Assembly: GCA_963777605.1 (NCBI GenBank) | Contig: CAVZRV010000007.1 | Span: forward strand, 288,001 to 352,000 | Length of the DNA stretch: 64,000 bases | Direction: 5' to 3' | DNA from: an uncultured Acidobacteriota bacterium | Lineage (GTDB): Bacteria; Acidobacteriota; UBA6911; RPQK01; JAPXNP01 | In this document: in pieces, positions 1 to 8,854 of the stretch | Numbering within the stretch: the stretch's first letter is position 1 | Layout: each line of letters opens with the position of its first letter | The notes under the pieces: model-generated | What the model was told of the DNA's origin: nothing | What the model saw: only the letters and a program-made list of their open reading frames with translations | Database searches by the model: none | Position numbers and translations under genes: made by a program

Positions 1-113
1 CGTTGAAGCTCTGTCGACGTCAGGATCTGGTATTGCGGGAGCAACTGTCAAGGGTGCAGGAGGCGTGATGAGATTGAGGATTTGAAGGCGTCCCAATAGC
101 CGGGAAAAGTCTA

Positions 114-142
114 TTGACGGATTCGTGCGCGTGTGCTAGAAA
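114..142 (+). promoter_or_regulatory. sigma70-type promoter (extended -10) upstream of the peptide/RRE/kinase operon
   Basis: TTGACG (114-119), 17-nt spacer, TG-c-TAGAAA (134-142); ATG of the small peptide at 177. Confidence 0.55.
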
Positions 143-176
143 GTACTAATACTTGAAAGAGGGTAACCATAAGAAT

Positions 177-353
177 ATGAGCAAGATGGATATCGAAGTG
201 GCCGCCAAAGATCGACGGCGGTTTGTCAAGCGATTGGCAATTGGAGTAGGGTTGTCCATACCAGTGGTTGTCACCCTGACGAACCGGAAATTGGCGGCGC
301 AATCCGGACCCGGACCTACGGCAACACCGTCACAGACTCCCACTCTAGACTAA
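177..353 (+). CDS. small putative RiPP-like precursor / Tat-like secreted peptide (58 aa)
   Basis: MSKMDIEVAAKDRRRFVKRLAIGVGLSIPVVVTLTNRKLAAQSGPGPTATPSQTPTLD: RRxF-x-K motif, hydrophobic stretch, AxA-like site, T/P/S-rich tail; purine-rich RBS at 155-164; ends 18 nt before the PqqD gene. Confidence 0.75.
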   Translation: MSKMDIEVAAKDRRRFVKRLAIGVGLSIPVVVTLTNRKLAAQSGPGPTATPSQTPTLD

Positions 354-371
354 CCGACAACCAGCTCGGAT

Positions 372-650
372 GTGACTGTGGAGATTTCTTTCGACTGCTG
401 TCCGAGAGTGGCTGAACGAATTGTCGAGCAGGTGGCGGAGGATGAGTTGGTCCTTTATGACCCTGCTTCTGATCAGGTTCATATTCTCAACACATTCGCC
501 GCGGCAATTTACGATCTGTGTGATGGCAGCACGTCTATCTTTTCGATCGTCGCCGAACTCGAGAAAGTGATTGCATCCCCCGCATTCGATCTTGCAGAGG
601 AAACCCGCCGACTTGTCGCATCACTCGTGGACAAAAAGATTCTTGAATAG
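372..650 (+). CDS. stand-alone PqqD-family / RiPP recognition element (RRE) protein
   Basis: 92 aa with the typical PqqD pattern DELVLYDP...VHILNTFAAAIYDLCDG...LVASLVDKKILE. Confidence 0.9.
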   Translation: MTVEISFDCCPRVAERIVEQVAEDELVLYDPASDQVHILNTFAAAIYDLCDGSTSIFSIVAELEKVIASPAFDLAEETRRLVASLVDKKILE

Positions 651-1461
651 GAGTGTACGAGTCAGCCTTGAGTCCGTTCACGAACCTGGCAGCCTCGATC
701 AATTGTTTGGGCCTCTCCCGACAGCTCATCACTCGGAACTGGAATACACTATCCAGGAGTTATCGAGTGGTCACATAGCAGTGATTCCGGCCGCAGGAGG
801 CCAACCTCTTTCCGTGAGCAGCCTCCCCGAGGCGTTTTACGCGCTGGAAAGCGACTTCTACAATAATATCCTCTGTAAAGACACATCGACGTTGATTATT
901 CATGCGTCGGCGGTCGTTCACGTGACGACCCGCCAGACTATTGTGCTCCCCGGGGCCAGCCACTGTGGGAAGAGCACTCTGGCGGCGGCCCTGGCAGCAT
1001 CAGGCCGTTTTCTCTACCTCGGTGAAGAAGCCATTGGCCTCGACTGCACAAGCAACCGGTTGTTGTCCTACACCAAACCGGTCAAACTGCGCTTCGGGGC
1101 CGAGCACCGGATTCTGGCGGACGGCTCATGGCCGTGCCTACGAGTTTCGTCGCTCAACTTTACTTACGCAATTCCACCTCAGCCCGTCATCGCGACTGAG
1201 GTCGATCCAGAAGTGCCGTTTCTGTTCGTTTTTCCAACCTTCGCAGCCTCTGTCAAGGCTACCTTGGAAAGAGTTTCTCCAGCTATGGCAATCGCCAAGC
1301 TGGCCACCTATTCGGTCAACCCACCTCAGTTCCTAACATCCCACCTGGAAACCGTCTCGGTCCTCCAGCCGGGAAGAGCATCGTGGGACCTCACCTGGTC
1401 CTCCTGGGAGGAAGTCGTGAAGGAAATCGACTGTCTGTGCTTCTCTGGGTGGAACCGCTGA
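571..1461 (+). CDS. HprK-related serine/threonine kinase (P-loop), HPr-rel/lasso-kinase type; true start uncertain (TTG 571 or TTG 703)
   Basis: IIHASAV motif, Walker A GASHCGKSTLAAAL, LYLGEE at the usual LSDE/D position, YTKPVKLR. Confidence 0.75.
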   Translation: MHPPHSILQRKPADLSHHSWTKRFLNRSVRVSLESVHEPGSLDQLFGPLPTAHHSELEYTIQELSSGHIAVIPAAGGQPLSVSSLPEAFYALESDFYNNILCKDTSTLIIHASAVVHVTTRQTIVLPGASHCGKSTLAAALAASGRFLYLGEEAIGLDCTSNRLLSYTKPVKLRFGAEHRILADGSWPCLRVSSLNFTYAIPPQPVIATEVDPEVPFLFVFPTFAASVKATLERVSPAMAIAKLATYSVNPPQFLTSHLETVSVLQPGRASWDLTWSSWEEVVKEIDCLCFSGWNR

Positions 1462-1536
1462 GCCGGTCTGATCAGGTCCAGTTGCGGATAACTGAGGTTC
1501 CTATTCCGCTTCCGCTGGACTATCCTTTCTGAACCG

Positions 1537-3894
1537 ATGACCTGGGACCACGTGTCGTCGAATCTGTTGCTCCTGCTGAGTTGGTACGGTGCACTGACCG
1601 TTCTCCAGGTCGCCGCACTTCCGCTGACAGCTTCCGTTTTCCGGCGGCTCCCCGATGGTGGATCTTCCCTCTCAAAATTGACCGGGCTGGCTGTGACCGG
1701 GTTCGTCCTCTGGTCGGCCTGGGCCTATGGTCTAGTCGCCAACGACCGGAGTGCGGCCTGGTCCACGGCGGTCGTTGTCGGCGTCGCCTGTTGGGCGATT
1801 CAACTTGCCGTTGACCGCCAGGCGCTCGTCGCATGGATTCGCAGCCACCTGCCGTTGATCGCGGTTTGCGAGCTGGTATTTCTGGCGGGTTTTCTAACGC
1901 TGGCAGCGATCCGCACGATAGCGCCGCAGGTTCGGCACACTGAGCAGCCGATGGATCTCATGATGCTGACCAGCCTTTGGAGCAGCCCTGAATACCCTCC
2001 CCACGACGCCTGGCTCAGCGGATTTCCGGTCTCCTACTATTACTTCGGCTACTGGCTTCAACTCCTCGCAGGCCGCCTTTCCGGAATCGCCCCGGACATC
2101 ACATACAACCTCGGGCTTGCGACCCTCTTCGGTTTCCTCACAGCCGGACTGTTCGGCCTCGGATTCAACCTCGTACGCAGTTCCTGCCTGCGGTCTTCAG
2201 CCCGCTTGCGGTCGTCTTACACGGGTGGCTTCCTGGCCGTTGTCCTGACTGCCTGCGCGGGGAATTTTCGCTCCTTATACGACCTGGCCGTTCACGCTTC
2301 TCACCTCGACAGGTGGTGGTGGCTAAGCAGTCGCGCCCTCCACGACGTTGCACCGAACGGTGTTACCCGGCCCGTGATCACCGAATTTCCCGCCTTCAGC
2401 TACCTGCTGGGGGACAATCACCCTCACCTGCAATCGTCTTCTCTTCTGCTCATGGCAGCCGCGGTGGCAATGAGCCGCATGATGTCGTCAGACGCAAGCG
2501 TCAAGAGAGTACGGCCGGGACTCACGAGATTGTCATTCAGTGCCGGGACCTTCCTCGAGTCTGTACTCTTCCCCGCGTTTGTTCTGGCGGCCGTCACTGC
2601 CACGAACTCCTGGGATGCTCCCGTTGCGTTCGCCCTGGTTTGCCTCGGCTGCTGGTTCTCGAAGAACGGATCGGCCTGGTCGAAGCTGGCGCGAGTCGGG
2701 ATCCGTTGTGCCGGGATCGCCGCGGTGGCATTGCTCATGCTCACGCCGCTGTTGCAAACCCTGCGGGGAAAGGTGTTCGGGATTCTCCCCAACCTGTTCA
2801 ACTCAAGCGATCCGCTCCGGTTTCTCTCGGCGATGGGGCCTGGATTTCTGGCCACTTGCGCGCTCCTCTTCGTGCTCTACCGACGCCGGGCCGGATGGCG
2901 ATCGGCCGCCTGGATCGGAGGACTCGCCTTGTTGGCGCTGGTGGGCATTGCACTGGTTACGCTGAACGCAATGGCCAGCCCTCAGTGGAACAATTGGCTG
3001 AACCAACTTGGCCTCGATCCGTCCCTGCCTTTCTGGCCGCTTGCTCTTCGGCGATGGGCGCTCCATTTCCTGGTGGCCGGCGGCCTGCTCGTTGCTCTCG
3101 GAGTCGTCCTCTCGCAGAGAATCAAGGGGCGGTTTAGGCGGGAAAATGTCGGGCTCCAGATGGGCCTGATTTTGACGGTGGTCTCGATATGCCTTTTGCT
3201 TGCCCCCGAGTTGGTTTTCGTTCACGACATTTTCCATTACCGGGTCAATACTGTTTTCAAATTGCATTACGGTGCCTGGATCCTGCTGGGCCCGGTCGGG
3301 GCATACGCCTTGACGCGACTGGCTGCAACCCGTCGGCACCGAGGAAAACTTTGCCTGCTCGGCTTTGCCTCGTCGGCTGCCCTGCTCTACCCTCTCTTCG
3401 CATTTTGGCCCCTAACTTTCGGGAACGTTCCACCGCAATACACACTTTCCGCGAAGGCGGCACTGGGGGAGACCGAACCTCAGCTTCTCGATGCACTTGA
3501 GTGGATCGACAGCCACACACCGCATGACGCGGTCGTCGTGGAAGCCCCCGGGGCGGCTCAAGATCCTCTTTCCTGCCCGGTCAGCACCTATACGGGAAGA
3601 GCGACTCTCCTCGGCTGGCAGGACCACGAATTACAGTGGCGTCCGGAGCAACTCGACTCGGTCTTCACTGAACGAACCCGGGCCCTCGAATCGATTTATC
3701 GAACGGAGTCTGCTTCGATGATTGAAGCTCTGGCGGGCCGTTACGAGATCAACTTCATCGTCCAGGGCCCCCGTGAACGGGTCCGGTACGGAGATGAATC
3801 AAAGGGACTCGAACGGCTGGGTGCGCCCGTCTTCCAGAGCAAGACTTACCGGGTCTACGCAACCGGTCGCAGGAAAGCGGGATTCGAGCGGTGA
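1537..3894 (+). CDS. DUF2298 / Chlor_Arch_YYY polytopic membrane protein, probable GT-C glycosyltransferase
   Basis: TEQPMD, PPHDAWLSG..SYYYFGY, ITEFPAFSYLLGDNHPH, NTVFK, TGRATLLGW.HE.QWR; many TM helices. Confidence 0.85.
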   Translation: MTWDHVSSNLLLLLSWYGALTVLQVAALPLTASVFRRLPDGGSSLSKLTGLAVTGFVLWSAWAYGLVANDRSAAWSTAVVVGVACWAIQLAVDRQALVAWIRSHLPLIAVCELVFLAGFLTLAAIRTIAPQVRHTEQPMDLMMLTSLWSSPEYPPHDAWLSGFPVSYYYFGYWLQLLAGRLSGIAPDITYNLGLATLFGFLTAGLFGLGFNLVRSSCLRSSARLRSSYTGGFLAVVLTACAGNFRSLYDLAVHASHLDRWWWLSSRALHDVAPNGVTRPVITEFPAFSYLLGDNHPHLQSSSLLLMAAAVAMSRMMSSDASVKRVRPGLTRLSFSAGTFLESVLFPAFVLAAVTATNSWDAPVAFALVCLGCWFSKNGSAWSKLARVGIRCAGIAAVALLMLTPLLQTLRGKVFGILPNLFNSSDPLRFLSAMGPGFLATCALLFVLYRRRAGWRSAAWIGGLALLALVGIALVTLNAMASPQWNNWLNQLGLDPSLPFWPLALRRWALHFLVAGGLLVALGVVLSQRIKGRFRRENVGLQMGLILTVVSICLLLAPELVFVHDIFHYRVNTVFKLHYGAWILLGPVGAYALTRLAATRRHRGKLCLLGFASSAALLYPLFAFWPLTFGNVPPQYTLSAKAALGETEPQLLDALEWIDSHTPHDAVVVEAPGAAQDPLSCPVSTYTGRATLLGWQDHELQWRPEQLDSVFTERTRALESIYRTESASMIEALAGRYEINFIVQGPRERVRYGDESKGLERLGAPVFQSKTYRVYATGRRKAGFER

Positions 3895-5762
3895 TCCGGA
3901 CTAATGCTCTCAGCAAACACGAGTGGGCTGGATGGGGACTCCTTCTCGCCATCGGAATCTGTTCCCACTTCGTCGGCCTTGGGGATCGCGTTCTCAGTTA
4001 CGACGAGTCCGTCCACGCCTTCTATTCCTACCGACTGGCTGAAACAGGCTCCTATATCCACTCGCCGGTAACCCACGGCCCGCTGCTGTTCTACCTCAGT
4101 GCCCTTGTCTTCCTGTTGTCCCCTGCCACCGACTTCACGGTCCGGCTGATTCCAGCAATTGCCGGGTCTGGGCTCGTAGTCATGCCATTGCTGTTCCGAA
4201 GATGGATCGGCGCCGGAGCGGCTTTCGCAGCCGGCCTGCTCATTACGGCGAGTCCCCTCCTGCTCTATTTCGGGCGATACCTTCGAAACGATATCTACAT
4301 CCTCGTGCTTCTGCTGGCCTGGGTTTTCGCGATCTTTCGCTTTCTGGAAACACCCCGCCTGAGCCTGCTCTACTCACTCACCATCGCAATGGCGCTCTCC
4401 TTTGCCTGCAAGGAAGTCAGCTTTATTTCGGCTTCCCTGATTTTTCCGTTCCTGCTCATCATGGCGGCTTTGAACCGGCAACACGATCCACTTCCATCCC
4501 TGCAACTCAGCATTCTGCATTTCACCCTGCTTCTCCCCCTCTCGATGCCCCTGGTACTGCGATTGACCGGATTGGAGGCCACCCGCGTCTGGCTTGAGAA
4601 CCATCCCCGGTGGGGACTTGGTTCCTCGATTCTCGGCATCCTGGTTTCCGTCGTGATCGCTTTCCTCGCAACCAGCCGAATCGCCCGGGCGGGAGGAGTT
4701 CTCACATTCCGAAACTGGCTCAAGGCGGCCGCTCTCTTCTGGCTGATTCTCGGATTCTACTTTTCGACCTTTCTCAAGAACCCTCCGGGGCTCTTCACAG
4801 GACTGTTCCAAGGCCTCAATTACTGGCTGAGCCAGCACCACGTTGAACGCGGTGGTCAACCCGTCTACTACTACCTCATCCTGCTCGGTCTCTACGAATT
4901 CATCGTTGTCCTTTTGAGCATCGGCAGCCTCGGGTCACTGGCCGTGAAGGTCATGCAACGCGGTGCCCGCAACTGGCTCAGCGGTCTCACGGAGAAGCCG
5001 GGGGAGCGCTTCAACGTTTTTTGCGTCTGGTGGGGAATCGGAAGCCTCCTCGCGTACTCAGTCGCCGGAGAAAGGATGCCCTGGCTTGCGGTTCACATTC
5101 TCTTGCCATTCATCTTCCTGTCGGCAGGGATGATTTCCTCCCGACTGAACCGGATTCGCTCGGCTGGTCACCTGCCGAGAAACCCGCTGTTGATCCTCGG
5201 ACTGATTCTGACCGGAGTGATTGCGGTCCTCGGTCTTCGCACGAGCGTTCAGCTCAACTTCGTCAACGGCGGCCTCCCTGTTGAGCCGGTCGCTTACGCC
5301 CAGGGAGGACCCGCAGCACCCGAATTGGCCGCCAAGATCCGGGGATTTGCCCACAAGGGAACACAGGTCGCCATTGATAACCGGGTAGCGTGGCCCCTGT
5401 CCTGGTACCTGCGGGAAATCGCGCCCAACTGTCGAACCGGCGACTTCGCGGCGGGAGTCCCGCTCGAATTCGGCCTCCTGGTCAGTGCCTCCCCTGGACC
5501 GGGCAACGGGCTCGAGTCGAACGACTGGCGTCTTTTGTCACAGGGCCCCGTGCTCTGGTGGCCCATCCACGACTACCGACGGCTCTATGCTTCGCAAACC
5601 GGTGCGGGCTCGCTCCGAGAAGGACTGGTCACGTTTTGGGAAGTCTTTTACAATCGCCATTTTCAAGGACTGGCAATCGAATCCTGGCCCGCTCGTCAAG
5701 ACGCTTGGCTTTATGACAGGACCGCAACTCACCGCCGCCATCGCCTGGCTCCTTCTGATTGA
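3891..5762 (+). CDS. TIGR03663 (Agl23-like) PMT/GT-C family membrane glycosyltransferase
   Basis: LGDRVLSYDESVHA, HSPVTHGPLLFY, RYLRND, CKE, YWLSQH..RGGQPVYYY, GERMPWL..H, WPLSWYLR; GTGA overlap with the previous stop. Confidence 0.85.
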   Translation: MIRTNALSKHEWAGWGLLLAIGICSHFVGLGDRVLSYDESVHAFYSYRLAETGSYIHSPVTHGPLLFYLSALVFLLSPATDFTVRLIPAIAGSGLVVMPLLFRRWIGAGAAFAAGLLITASPLLLYFGRYLRNDIYILVLLLAWVFAIFRFLETPRLSLLYSLTIAMALSFACKEVSFISASLIFPFLLIMAALNRQHDPLPSLQLSILHFTLLLPLSMPLVLRLTGLEATRVWLENHPRWGLGSSILGILVSVVIAFLATSRIARAGGVLTFRNWLKAAALFWLILGFYFSTFLKNPPGLFTGLFQGLNYWLSQHHVERGGQPVYYYLILLGLYEFIVVLLSIGSLGSLAVKVMQRGARNWLSGLTEKPGERFNVFCVWWGIGSLLAYSVAGERMPWLAVHILLPFIFLSAGMISSRLNRIRSAGHLPRNPLLILGLILTGVIAVLGLRTSVQLNFVNGGLPVEPVAYAQGGPAAPELAAKIRGFAHKGTQVAIDNRVAWPLSWYLREIAPNCRTGDFAAGVPLEFGLLVSASPGPGNGLESNDWRLLSQGPVLWWPIHDYRRLYASQTGAGSLREGLVTFWEVFYNRHFQGLAIESWPARQDAWLYDRTATHRRHRLAPSD

Positions 5763-8175
5763 AGGACTGGCACTCCTGGCATTCCCTCTCCTTTTGCCGG
5801 TCACACGAAACCTGCCGGACAAGGGTTGGCTCCTGTCCAAGCCGGCAGGTCTTCTGCTGATTGGCTATCCAGCCTGGCTTCTGGGGAATCTCTATTCCGA
5901 AGGCTTTTCAAGAGTCTCCATTGCAGCGGTGCTGACGCTTGCCCTGGTTGCGGCCGTCGCCTGGGCCTGGCGACATCGCGCCCGGCCCGCGAAAAGGAGG
6001 ATGGACCTGGTCACGACCCTGGTCCTGCCGGAACTGGTCTTTCTCGGAACCTTCCTTCTTTTCCTCTTGCTACGGCTGTTCGACCCGGAACTTTGGAACC
6101 CGGTTTCAGGCGGTGAGAAGCCGATGGACTTCTCGCTCCTCAATGCCTGCATCCGGAGCGATCACCTCCCCCCCGAAGCGCCCTGGCTCTCAGGCCACCC
6201 GGTCAATTACTACTACTTCGGCTACGTGCTGTTCAGCATCCCATCCAAGCTCCTGGGTATTCCGGCCGAATATGCCTACAACCTCGCGCTGCCGACAGTC
6301 GCCGCGTTGACGGCCGCGGCGGCATTCACAATCGTTCAGTCGATTCAATCCCGTCACGAGCCCATTGCAGTCCCGGGGTGCAGGAAGAGTCTGGTGGCGA
6401 AGCAGGCGATCCTTTGGGCCGGCCTCGGTCCCCTCTTCGTGGCTCTGATCGGGAACCTGTTCGAGGCGAGGCTGCTCCTTTCGGGCCTGAAGAAGCTCGG
6501 GGCCGACAATGTCGCAACTGGAATTCCGGTCCTTGGGTCTCTCTGGTCGGTCGTCACAGGAGCAGGCAGACTAATCGACGGCACTGCCACCTGGCCCTAC
6601 CGGGCAGCTTCCTTTTACTGGAGCGCCACTCGCGTGATCCCCGCCCACGGCAAGGAAGTTCCTCCCATCACCGAGTTCCCGTTCTTCTCGTTGCTCTACG
6701 GTGACCTTCACCCTCACCTGATGGCCCTGCCCTTCACGATGCTGTTCATCGGCCTTGCCGTCGCAGCAGTGCTCCACCGCAGGGGATCCTCCAGGTTACC
6801 TTTTTCGGAGTCCGCCTGGCTGGCTGTGTCGCTGACGGGGATCCTCCTGATCCACCCCTGGAACGTCCCCTTGAGCGTCTTCATCCTGGTCCTCCTGCTT
6901 TGGACGATTGCAGAACCGGGCCATCGAGGGGGACTTGCACGTCTGCGGGGAGCCGCGACCAACTCGACGTTGGTGATCGTCTCAGCCCTGATCTTTGCGG
7001 CTCCCTTCCTCGTCCATTACGCCGTACCGGTCGCCCATCCCGCCGCGTGGCTTGGGACTCAGACTCCACTGGGCGTGTTCTGGGACATCTTCGGCCTCTT
7101 TCTGGCCCTGATCGTGACCGCCGGGATCTTCCGTCTCCGGGATCGCCCCTTGGAGGGATCTCTGGAAGAACCGGGAGTTCGCGTCTCCGTCCTCCTTTTG
7201 CTCGTCGCAGTTGCAATCTGGCTGGATTGGACCGATTATCCCCTGACTTCGGCTGCGGCGCTCGTGGCGGTCCTGATCGTCGCCGGCTCGCTGCGAGTCA
7301 TGCTCAAGGATCCCAACCCTGAGGATCGAATCCCCTGGGCACTCGTGATCACGGGCTCGATCGGCATCGTCATCAGCGAAACACTGACATTCGGAAACGG
7401 TGTGGGGCACATGAACACCGTGTTCAAGTTCTACTACCAGGTCTGGTTGTACTGGGCACTGGCGGCTGCCGCCCTCTCTCCGGAAGTGTTCCAGCGGTTA
7501 ATGTCGCTGCCTGGGAGGTGGTTGCGCATCGGCGCCTGTACCGGGTTTCTTGCTCTCCTTGCCGCGAGCTGCCTTTATCCTCCCTTTTCACTCTACGGCA
7601 AGATGGCGGGACGCTGGTCCAAATCTGTCCCGAATCTTGACGGCAGCCTGTTCATGGAAAGCGCGCGGCTTCCCCTCGGCGATATCCTGCTCCCGCTTCG
7701 GCCCGACCTCGAGGGGATCAGGTGGCTGAAACAAAACGTGCCCGACGCGAAAACATTGGTTGAAGCCGCCGGCTCCGACTACAGTTGGGCGGGAAGGATC
7801 AGTTCCAGCACCGGGATACCAACCGTGATCGGCTGGCCTTCCCACGTTCTCCAGCACCATCCCCAGCTTACCGCCGGAGAAGTTGACGACCGGGTTGAGG
7901 CAGTGAGAGAGATCTATGAATCGATCGACGTCGAATCAATCCTGCCTCTGCTGCGGCGATTCAACATCGGGTACATCTATGTCGGCCCCCTTGAACGCAA
8001 GACCTACGCCCCTGATGGCCTCCGGAAGTTCGACCAGCCGGCACCGGGCGTCTGGGAGCCGGCCTATATCGGATCGGGCACCCGGATCCTCCGAATCACC
8101 ATCAACGACGTGCCCTCGAAAGTCGAACCAGAAGGAACGCGCTCCGGAGCACACCGACAACCAATCGACCACTGA
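5713..8175 (+). CDS. second DUF2298 / Chlor_Arch_YYY membrane protein (GT-C-like)
   Basis: GGEKPMDF, PWLSG..NYYYFGY, ITEFPFFSLLYGDLHPH, MNTVFKFYYQ, TGIPTVIGWPSH; ATG at 5713 precedes the first TM helix (ORF track starts at 5485). Confidence 0.85.
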   Translation: MTGPQLTAAIAWLLLIEGLALLAFPLLLPVTRNLPDKGWLLSKPAGLLLIGYPAWLLGNLYSEGFSRVSIAAVLTLALVAAVAWAWRHRARPAKRRMDLVTTLVLPELVFLGTFLLFLLLRLFDPELWNPVSGGEKPMDFSLLNACIRSDHLPPEAPWLSGHPVNYYYFGYVLFSIPSKLLGIPAEYAYNLALPTVAALTAAAAFTIVQSIQSRHEPIAVPGCRKSLVAKQAILWAGLGPLFVALIGNLFEARLLLSGLKKLGADNVATGIPVLGSLWSVVTGAGRLIDGTATWPYRAASFYWSATRVIPAHGKEVPPITEFPFFSLLYGDLHPHLMALPFTMLFIGLAVAAVLHRRGSSRLPFSESAWLAVSLTGILLIHPWNVPLSVFILVLLLWTIAEPGHRGGLARLRGAATNSTLVIVSALIFAAPFLVHYAVPVAHPAAWLGTQTPLGVFWDIFGLFLALIVTAGIFRLRDRPLEGSLEEPGVRVSVLLLLVAVAIWLDWTDYPLTSAAALVAVLIVAGSLRVMLKDPNPEDRIPWALVITGSIGIVISETLTFGNGVGHMNTVFKFYYQVWLYWALAAAALSPEVFQRLMSLPGRWLRIGACTGFLALLAASCLYPPFSLYGKMAGRWSKSVPNLDGSLFMESARLPLGDILLPLRPDLEGIRWLKQNVPDAKTLVEAAGSDYSWAGRISSSTGIPTVIGWPSHVLQHHPQLTAGEVDDRVEAVREIYESIDVESILPLLRRFNIGYIYVGPLERKTYAPDGLRKFDQPAPGVWEPAYIGSGTRILRITINDVPSKVEPEGTRSGAHRQPIDH

Positions 8176-8818
8176 CCTGCAGACCGGCACCGCTGTGACG
8201 GGGAACCCAGTGAACCGGGAGCTCCAAAGTCCGCCACCCGTCACGGGCGGCAAATCCGCTCAGGATCACGTTGGGTGCAAATGCAGTTGATGGAATCAGG
8301 GGAAGATAACTGTCGAGGAAAGGCCTCCGCATCAGCCTGAACGGGCAGTTCACGTCCCGAAACCGGGAACCAAAACAAATTCTGGAGGAGACTCCTGCCA
8401 TCCGGGAGAGCCCGCTCCTGGCCACACTCAAGTTCCGGCCCATCCGGCAACCCAACAGGAAGTCATAGCTGTCCCTGGACCGCCAGAAGGCCGGGAAGTC
8501 CGATGGAATAACTTCTCCGTCACTGTCGATCTGCAACACCCATTCGGCGCAGGATTCCGTGTAACCCCGAAGAACAGCGGGGCCGTGCCCCATGTTTGGG
8601 TGCGAGCGGACCGTAAGTTCGTGGAATGGTTCCCTCAGTTCTGAGAGCAAATCGGGAGTCCGGTCGGTGGACCCGTCATCGAGCACGATCATCTCGAACT
8701 GAACTCCGGCCCCACGCAACAAGCGGCACCACTGTTCCACCGTCGTCGCAATTACCGATTCCTCGTTGTAGACGGGCATCACCACCGAAAGTTCTTCGGC
8801 AGCTCTCTCTGCGTTCAC
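8102..8818 (-). CDS. GT2 family polyprenol-phosphate glycosyltransferase (DPM1-like)
   Basis: SVVMPVYNE, DDGSTDRT, NMGHGPA, IDSDGE, DVNCPFRLMRR. Confidence 0.9.
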   Translation of the reverse strand: MNAERAAEELSVVMPVYNEESVIATTVEQWCRLLRGAGVQFEMIVLDDGSTDRTPDLLSELREPFHELTVRSHPNMGHGPAVLRGYTESCAEWVLQIDSDGEVIPSDFPAFWRSRDSYDFLLGCRMGRNLSVARSGLSRMAGVSSRICFGSRFRDVNCPFRLMRRPFLDSYLPLIPSTAFAPNVILSGFAARDGWRTLELPVHWVPRHSGAGLQVSGRLVVGVLRSAFLLVRLSRARR

Positions 8819-8854
8819 TTAGGCACCTGAATTCCGAGGCTCCTTAGCCAAGGC

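Noticed and set aside
1-110. Possible gene fragment at the window start
   Set aside because: Several frames on both strands are open over this short stretch, so strand and product cannot be assigned.
177-1461. Calling the peptide/RRE/kinase trio a lasso peptide or PQQ cluster
   Set aside because: No asparagine-synthetase-like cyclase, B2 peptidase or PqqB/C/E in the window; the peptide lacks the YxxP leader motif, a ring-forming Asp/Glu at core position 7-9 and the PqqA ExxxY motif.
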